DNA of 64,000 bases. Source: Halioglobus sp. Lineage in GTDB: Bacteria > Bacteroidota > Bacteroidia > Chitinophagales > Saprospiraceae. Position 1 is the first letter of the stretch. Each line of letters opens with the position of its first letter. The notes under the pieces were generated by a model, which was not told where the DNA came from, did not search any database, and saw nothing but the letters and a program-made list of their open reading frames with translations. Location of the stretch: assembly GCA_047628935.1 (NCBI GenBank), contig JBLHWH010000003.1, positions 5,031 to 69,030 on the forward strand. The letters are read 5' to 3'. Positions 57,760-64,000 of this stretch are shown piece by piece. The position numbers and the translations under genes were made by a program.

Positions 57760-60700
57760 TCAATGTACTTTTATCAATTTTTTAGTCGCAGTCTTTCCAT
57801 CTTGTTCTAATACGACATAGTATATACCTGGATGAAGATGACGTAAATCTATATGTTCCATTTGTGCAGCGGAAGCGGATATGACCACTTTATTATCTCC
57901 ATTTATTACTTTTACAGTGGCATTCTCCTTATTTGCTATTTCTACTCTGATGTAGTTTGTTGCTGGATTTGGATGTACAGAAATTACCAATTCACTCACT
58001 TCTTGTTTTGTGATTTGTGACGGTACATTTGGGTGGATCACTGGTTCTATGTTACTGTTAGCTATTTTGCCATTCGATAGTTCGGCATTAATCACTGCAT
58101 TAGTTTTTGTAAAAAATCCTGCATCTATATGTGTCACAATATTCGATGACTCTACAGTGAATGCTGGACTGCTATAAATGCCTTCTTGAAGAATTATATC
58201 ACTATTGTTATCTGCGTCAATCTCTCCATTTTCAAGAGAAGCTTCTAGATTTTTTTTGAATTTGTATTCCATGTGATACTGGCCAGGACGAAGATTACTG
58301 AAAGAGATGTTTTCATCACCATTTGCTTCAGTAGTCAATTCGGAAATCATGTCATCAGCTTCATTATAGAGACTTACTTTTATATTTGATAAGTTATCTT
58401 CATTAAGATCGTAGATTCCGTTTTGATCTTCATCTAACCATGCAATACTGCCGATACTTCCCATTTCAAATAATCCGACATCTACATTCGGTACAGATAA
58501 TACTTCTGCACTAGCGAACATATCTGATTCTCCATTTTCATGAATATCACTGTCTAAAAGGTCATTACTTGATATATCTATAGTGGTGAATGTATAATCA
58601 GTATTAGCTAAGTCTATAAACACTTTGTAATTACCAACAGGTATTTCTTGGAATGCATATAATCCTAGCGCATTACTTATTGTAGATGCTACAATTTGAC
58701 CCGCTTCATCAAAAAGGGATACTCTTATATCTGGAATCCGAGCTTCTACGGGTTGTCTCATTCCGTCGCCATTGAGATCTTCCCAAACTACACTTCTGAG
58801 TGATGCCATAGATAGGAATATTCCGCAGTCAATAGAAGTAAGATCTGCTCCATGTGCCAAAGATATGAGTGGTGTTTTTCCTGTCTCATCAGCATCACTA
58901 TCAACATTATCATCTATATCTACATCTGATAATGTAATGGTATATTCTTGAGGAATCATGAATTGGATAAAGTATAAACCTTGCTTAAGTCCTGAGAATT
59001 TATAATCTCCCGTAACATTAGTATATACGGTGTCAAATGGAACCCCAAATGATCTAAATATAATGACTTCAATTCCTTCAACTCCTCCTTCGCCAGAGTC
59101 TTGTAGGCCATTTTTATCCAAATCTTCCCATACTCTATCACCAATGCATGCTGGAAGATATGCGCCACCATCTAGATTTTGATAGTCTTCTCCTGATTCT
59201 AAAATTATCACATCCGTACTACCCGTTCCAAATGCATTAGAAATATCAGAATCTACATCATCAGGACCAGAATTTCCATCTGATAGGATATATTCACTAG
59301 GGATTTCAAATACAACGTAATATTCTCCAACCTGTAAATTTGTAAATGAATAAATTCCAGATGTATCGCCAACGGTAGCTGTAATTGTAGAATCTAATTT
59401 TATACCAGTCCCAGAGAAAAGAAATACTGGAACTTCATCTATTCCTGGGTCTGTTATATTTTTTATACCATTACCATTTAAATCTGTAAATACGATACCA
59501 TTAATTGATACTTCTCTGGTCAGTGCTATATCGATATCGTTATTAGACCCACTATTGAAAACCATAAAATCAGTACAACCATCTGGATTAGCATCACTGT
59601 CTAATTGTTCTATTCCTGTGTCTTTTTTACCTACGAAGTATCCTTCAGGGAGAGTTGCACACACTTGGTAATTTCCTGCAGGGAGATCCATGAATTTATA
59701 TTCTCCGGTCTCGTCTGACACAGTAGTTTCTGTGATTGTAGTACTTATATCAGAAATTGTTACTAATATATTAGCTAGGCCAATTTCAGTTCCTCCCTGT
59801 GTTCCACTATTATCTATGTCTTCCCAGATGAAATCTCCGATTGTTATTTTTTCTACTATTCCTAGATCAACATGGTCTTTGGCTTCAAAATTTTCTAAGA
59901 AGAATTGCTCTGTTTCTACTCCAAGTCCTGCAATATTAAAGTCAGAATCGATTTCGTCATCCACGCCAATATTAGGTATAGTTGCTGTTTCGTTTCCTAT
60001 CAATGATATTCTTAAAGTATAAAACCCCTCCTGGAGCATGTTAAAAGTATACGCTCCATCTGTGTTAGTAGATTTTGTATCGATCACAGAGCCTCCATTA
60101 TCTAGGAGTGCAACGATCACAGAAGACCTGAACACTTCGCCAGTATCTAATGTACCATTTGCATTTTCATCTTCCCATACTATTCCAGTAATGGAAGATT
60201 CGATCGGAGTTGTAAATACAAATCCAGCATCTAAGGTAGTATTGGTAGATCCTGAAGTAATTGAGAATGTATCTGTTGTTCCAATATTGGCTTCCACTAA
60301 TTCGACATCAGAATCGATAGTATCATTTATGCCAATATTAGCATCTATAAATTGGTAAAAAAGAGGCCTTACAAATTGTAGTTGATATTCTCCTGGAACT
60401 ATATCTTCTATAAAATAATATCCAGAATCTATTCCTCCTCCTTGATCTGTCATCGTAGATTGAATAACCTCTCCGTCAAGATTAAGTAGATTTACTGTTA
60501 CTCTATCTAGTCCAGGTTCTTGATCATTGATCCCATTTTCATTTAAATCTATAAATGTCATATCTCCTACTGATGCAAGTTGATAATAGCCACCATTTAT
60601 TGATTGTAATTCATTGAAGTATGAGACAGAGATTGTATCAGTACTTCCTGTGATTATCTCGTTTGTGATGTCGTCATCGATATCATCAGGTCCTTGATCT

Positions 60701-63700
60701 GCTAATACATTAAAAAACGATTCATCTTGATTATTGAAAACTAAGTAATATTCTCCGGGAAAGACTTCATGGAAATCATAATTGCCCATTTCATCAACCG
60801 TTATACTATCTAATAATGTACCTTCTAAAGCATATAGTTTTACTTCAATATTCTCGAGAATAAGTTCTTCTGTTTCTTTAGTACCATTATTATTATCATC
60901 AATCCATGTGAAACCATCAATTGAAATAGCTCCATCAATTAATCCAGCATCGATGTTTTTTGCGTTGAATCCGTTTTCAAGGATTATAATGCCGGTACTG
61001 CCTTGTATTTGAGAATCATCAATATCACTATCCAGTGCAAAGTCCGATCCTTGCAGAGGCAGAGTAGATGAATATCTTTCTGTGGTATCAAATGCCACAT
61101 AATATGATCCAGCATCTAAATCATTAAATGCATACTGACCTAAACTGTCTGATATGGTAGATGAAATTTCACTATTTGCTTCAGAATAGAGTTTAATAAC
61201 TATTCCTTCGACAAATATATTATCTGGGTTCTGTACACCATCTAAATCGCTATCCACCCATACTTCTCCACTGATCTCACTTTTGATAAGTGAATATCCT
61301 CCATCAATATCGAAGTTGCATTGATTTCCTATTAAAGAGAAAATAGCTGTTGTACCTTCTCCATTTTCTCCAGTAATATCTGAGTTAAGTAATAGATCTG
61401 AATCTACTTGAGGAGCAAAATCTAATGTATCAACAAGCTCAAATGAAATGTAATAATCACCTATTGAAAGTGTGTCGAATAGGTAATATCCATCTGTTCC
61501 GGTTGTGACATTTGTACTCGTTACTGTAGATTCTATTATTGATCCTTCAATACTATACAGACTGACCCCTACTCCGTTTAGGCCTAACTCCTCTACATCT
61601 TGTAGTCCGTTTCTATTATTGTCTAACCAAACGTAATCTCCTACTTTTGGTAGTGCTAAATAACCAGCGGAGTTGGTTAAGTTTTCTTCGCCAGGAATAA
61701 GTGTTATTAATGATGTAGATCCAGTAATAATTTCGCTTGTTACATCTGAGTCAGATAGGTCATCGCCTTGATTAGCTATTGTATAAATTTTTCCATCAGG
61801 TAATTCGAATTGTAAATAGACATCACCCACTACGCTATTTTGGAAACTATAAAGTCCTCCTTCATCTGATGCAGTTTGATCTATAAGATCGCCATTTGAA
61901 TAATACAACGATACATTTACATTAGGGATGATTGGTTCTTCTATCTGGAATTGGCCGTCATTGTTAGCATCTAGCCATGTGAATCCGCCAATAATTGAAG
62001 GAAGTTCGAAAAATCCAAAATCAATATTTAGTAATTCATCACCAGATGAGATTATAATAGTTGGAGAAGTAATTACTCCGTCAACTAGCATTGCATCAGA
62101 ATCTAATTCATTATCACCCTGATTGGCAAGGGTTATTGTATAAAATGGATCTTGAATCAATATGATCGTATAACTACCAGGAGTTACTTCTGTAAATATG
62201 TAGTAACCTGTTTCTCCAGTTTCTCTTGTTTTAATTATTTCTCCTTGATCATTCTTCAGAGCTATCATTACGCCAGCTAATCCCGGTTCGTCTAGTTCTT
62301 GAATTCCATTGCCATTTATGTCTTCCCAAACAAAGTCACCTATGGATCCAAATGTGAAGAATCCAGCATCAATATCTGCCAGCTTTTGATTACCACTAAG
62401 TGAGAATACTGAAGTTGCACCAGCGCTAATGACACCATCAACATCAGAGTTAAATATGATATCTACGATGTGAGAGGTGAATTGTAAATCTTCATCTTTA
62501 ATGAACTCGATATAATAATCACCAATTGATAAACTCTCAAAACCGTACATTCCTAGCGCGTCAGTAGTGTCCATTCCTATTAGATCACCATTTGCAGCTC
62601 TTAGATTTACTTTTATTCCTGTTATTATTGGCTCATCTGATTCTCTTGTACCATTGCCATTTATGTCTTCCCATGTCAGCCCTTCTACACTAGGTCGTAT
62701 TATATAACCAGCTGCATTATCTATGGATATTTCGCCAGGTAGAAGTGTGAATTCAGCAGTTGTTCCAGTGCCATTTGTGCCATCTACATCAGAATCAGAG
62801 AGATTATCGCCTATGTTAGCGTCTGTGAATAAATAGCCATCAAGTATGTCATATTGTAAATAATATGTACCTGCTTTTTTATCTTCAAATGTAAAGAATC
62901 CACCCAGGTCACTTAATGTATCAGCTATCAATGTACCATCAGTATCAAACAGAGAAACGAGAAGGTTGCCTATGAAAGATTCTTCTAGTTGATATTGTCC
63001 ATCATTATTTTCGTCTATCCAAGTGAAGCCAGAGATGCTTACAGGTAAGATGAAGAATCCAAAATCAATGTCAGTATTTTGAGTGCCAGATATTATAGTT
63101 ATTGGATTTGTACTTATAGTGCCATCGGCTAATATCCCATCACTATCAAGTGTGGTGTCCGTTCCAGAATTTGCAATAGTAAGAGAAAGAAATTCGTCTG
63201 CATTTGCTTCCAAAGTGTATACACCAGGAGTTAAATCTGTAAATTCGTATTTGCCATTTGCATCGGTAATTACAGAGTCTAATAGTATTCCATTATCATC
63301 TTTAAGGTATAAGATTACATCTTGAAGCCCAGACTCATCTGCGTCTTGGATGCCATCTTCATTCAGGTCTTCCCATACAAAATCACCAATAGAGCTCAAT
63401 ACTAGAAAGCCAGCATCAATATCTGCGAGTTCTTGATTGCCATCAAGAGAGAATACTGAAGTTGCACCAGCGCTAATGACACCATCTACATCAGAGTTAA
63501 ATGCGATATCTACGATGTGAGAGGTGAATTGTAAATCTTCATCTTTAATGAATTCGATATAATAATCAGCAATTGGTAAACTCTCAAAACGGTACACTCC
63601 TAGCGCGTCAGTAGTGTCTGTTTCTATTAGATCACCATTTGCAGCTCTTAGATTTACTCTTATTTCTGTTATTATTGGCTCATCTGATTCTCTTGTACCA

Positions 63701-64000
63701 TTGCCATTGATGTCTTCCCATGTCAGCCCTTCTACACTAGGTAGTTTAATGTAACCAGCTGCATTATCTATGGATATTTCGCCAGGTATAAGTGTGAATT
63801 CAGCGGTTGTACCAAGGCCATTTGTGCCATCTACATCAGAATCAGATAGGTCATCACCTATGTTAGCGTCTGTGAATAAATAGCCATCAAGTATGTCATA
63901 TTGTAAATAATATGTACCCGCTTTTTTATCTTCAAATGTGTAGAATCCACCCAGATCACTTAATGTATCAGCTATTAATGTACCATCAGTATCAAACAGA
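57760..64000 (-). CDS. giant SdrD-B/Cna-B-like repeat protein with a T9SS C-terminal domain (the 5' end lies beyond the window)
   Basis: The frame stays open from 63597 to the window edge. I translated 63598-63999 and found no stop and no ATG/GTG/TTG, which explains the track start at 63597. There are at least 17 repeats of ~105-115 aa: G.(V/T)W.D.N.NG..D..E.G...V.V.L......I...TD..G.Y.F..L..G.Y.(V/L).F. The C-terminus is Por_Secre_tail-like (VHPNPATNYIRV...GIYYVVLEQDGKTATKKLIKVH). Confidence 0.85.
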   Translation of the reverse strand, partial: LFDTDGTLIADTLSDLGGFYTFEDKKAGTYYLQYDILDGYLFTDANIGDDLSDSDVDGTNGLGTTAEFTLIPGEISIDNAAGYIKLPSVEGLTWEDINGNGTRESDEPIITEIRVNLRAANGDLIETDTTDALGVYRFESLPIADYYIEFIKDEDLQFTSHIVDIAFNSDVDGVISAGATSVFSLDGNQELADIDAGFLVLSSIGDFVWEDLNEDGIQDADESGLQDVILYLKDDNGILLDSVITDANGKYEFTDLTPGVYTLEANADEFLSLTIANSGTDTTLDSDGILADGTISTNPITIISGTQNTDIDFGFFILPVSISGFTWIDENNDGQYQLEESFIGNLLVSLFDTDGTLIADTLSDLGGFFTFEDKKAGTYYLQYDILDGYLFTDANIGDNLSDSDVDGTNGTGTTAEFTLLPGEISIDNAAGYIIRPSVEGLTWEDINGNGTRESDEPIITGIKVNLRAANGDLIGMDTTDALGMYGFESLSIGDYYIEFIKDEDLQFTSHIVDIIFNSDVDGVISAGATSVFSLSGNQKLADIDAGFFTFGSIGDFVWEDINGNGIQELDEPGLAGVMIALKNDQGEIIKTRETGETGYYIFTEVTPGSYTIILIQDPFYTITLANQGDNELDSDAMLVDGVITSPTIIISSGDELLNIDFGFFELPSIIGGFTWLDANNDGQFQIEEPIIPNVNVSLYYSNGDLIDQTASDEGGLYSFQNSVVGDVYLQFELPDGKIYTIANQGDDLSDSDVTSEIITGSTSLITLIPGEENLTNSAGYLALPKVGDYVWLDNNRNGLQDVEELGLNGVGVSLYSIEGSIIESTVTSTNVTTGTDGYYLFDTLSIGDYYISFELVDTLDFAPQVDSDLLLNSDITGENGEGTTAIFSLIGNQCNFDIDGGYSLIKSEISGEVWVDSDLDGVQNPDNIFVEGIVIKLYSEANSEISSTISDSLGQYAFNDLDAGSYYVAFDTTERYSSTLPLQGSDFALDSDIDDSQIQGSTGIIILENGFNAKNIDAGLIDGAISIDGFTWIDDNNNGTKETEELILENIEVKLYALEGTLLDSITVDEMGNYDFHEVFPGEYYLVFNNQDESFFNVLADQGPDDIDDDITNEIITGSTDTISVSYFNELQSINGGYYQLASVGDMTFIDLNENGINDQEPGLDRVTVNLLNLDGEVIQSTMTDQGGGIDSGYYFIEDIVPGEYQLQFVRPLFYQFIDANIGINDTIDSDVELVEANIGTTDTFSITSGSTNTTLDAGFVFTTPIESSITGIVWEDENANGTLDTGEVFRSSVIVALLDNGGSVIDTKSTNTDGAYTFNMLQEGFYTLRISLIGNETATIPNIGVDDEIDSDFNIAGLGVETEQFFLENFEAKDHVDLGIVEKITIGDFIWEDIDNSGTQGGTEIGLANILVTISDISTTITETTVSDETGEYKFMDLPAGNYQVCATLPEGYFVGKKDTGIEQLDSDANPDGCTDFMVFNSGSNNDIDIALTREVSINGIVFTDLNGNGIKNITDPGIDEVPVFLFSGTGIKLDSTITATVGDTSGIYSFTNLQVGEYYVVFEIPSEYILSDGNSGPDDVDSDISNAFGTGSTDVIILESGEDYQNLDGGAYLPACIGDRVWEDLDKNGLQDSGEGGVEGIEVIIFRSFGVPFDTVYTNVTGDYKFSGLKQGLYFIQFMIPQEYTITLSDVDIDDNVDSDADETGKTPLISLAHGADLTSIDCGIFLSMASLRSVVWEDLNGDGMRQPVEARIPDIRVSLFDEAGQIVASTISNALGLYAFQEIPVGNYKVFIDLANTDYTFTTIDISSNDLLDSDIHENGESDMFASAEVLSVPNVDVGLFEMGSIGSIAWLDEDQNGIYDLNEDNLSNIKVSLYNEADDMISELTTEANGDENISFSNLRPGQYHMEYKFKKNLEASLENGEIDADNNSDIILQEGIYSSPAFTVESSNIVTHIDAGFFTKTNAVINAELSNGKIANSNIEPVIHPNVPSQITKQEVSELVISVHPNPATNYIRVEIANKENATVKVINGDNKVVISASAAQMEHIDLRHLHPGIYYVVLEQDGKTATKKLIKVH
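62361..64000 (-). repeat. in-frame tandem duplication with a 1047-bp period (349 aa, three domains) inside the SdrD-like gene
   Basis: 63408-64000 matches 62361-62953 at an offset of exactly 1047 nt, with only scattered substitutions (over 90% identity by eye). For example MYRFESLPIADYYIEFIKDEDLQFTSHIVDIAFNSDVDG corresponds to MYGFESLSIGDYYIEFIKDEDLQFTSHIVDIIFNSDVDG. The flanking parts of the units are much more divergent. Confidence 0.75.

Noticed and set aside
58956-63325. Multiple 60-110-aa plus-strand ORFs inside the SdrD-like gene, and similar ones inside sprA, the adhesin, rng, Nramp and ABC genes
   Set aside because: All are embedded antisense or out of frame within long ORFs with strong domain evidence. 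None has recognisable motifs.
1-64000. tRNA, rRNA, tmRNA, RNase P or SRP RNA genes; transposases, integrases or phage genes
   Set aside because: By-eye scanning of the intergenic regions found no T-loop GGTTCGAAT-type ends, no RNase P GGAAAGTCCGG core and no tmRNA 5' end. No ORF has DDE, tyrosine-recombinase or serine-recombinase motifs. tRNAscan-SE, Infernal and ISfinder searches should confirm this.

Overview
AT-rich chromosomal segment (roughly mid-30s % GC by eye, not computed) that looks like a gliding Bacteroidota genome. Evidence for this is the type IX secretion (T9SS) translocon gene sprA, a GldH-like lipoprotein, at least four genes ending in Por_Secre_tail-type C-terminal sorting domains, and hairpin terminators. 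I also found one exact TAnnTTTG -7-type element. Housekeeping genes (rng, two HU genes, ruvA, rsmA, aroE, proline dehydrogenase, Ppx/GppA, LMW-PTP, MATE, an ABC pair) are interleaved with very large surface proteins. These are a 1015-aa metzincin with plant-type LRRs, a TSP3-repeat protein, a 1537-aa adhesin with dockerin- and cohesin-like modules, and a >2000-aa SdrD-B-repeat protein that runs off the 3' edge. I found no rRNA, tRNA, CRISPR array, transposase or integrase by eye. The most system-like block is a tight minus-strand module at 31660-40087: lipoprotein, ECF sigma factor, an anti-sigma-like protein with a porin-like C-terminus, then the giant T9SS adhesin. Other items of interest follow.
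- A Nramp-fold transporter in which all four canonical metal-site residues are replaced.
- An unlisted 31-aa Lys/Arg-rich ORF (mS38/bS22-like).
- Two decayed cargo genes, one with multiple frameshifts and one with two in-frame TAA codons.
- Several families of intergenic repeats: a 33-nt palindrome, a ~105-nt element, an 11-bp tandem array and a GC-rich motif cluster.
- A near-identical 1047-bp in-frame duplication inside the SdrD-like gene.
All family assignments come from motif recognition by eye and need profile or database confirmation.
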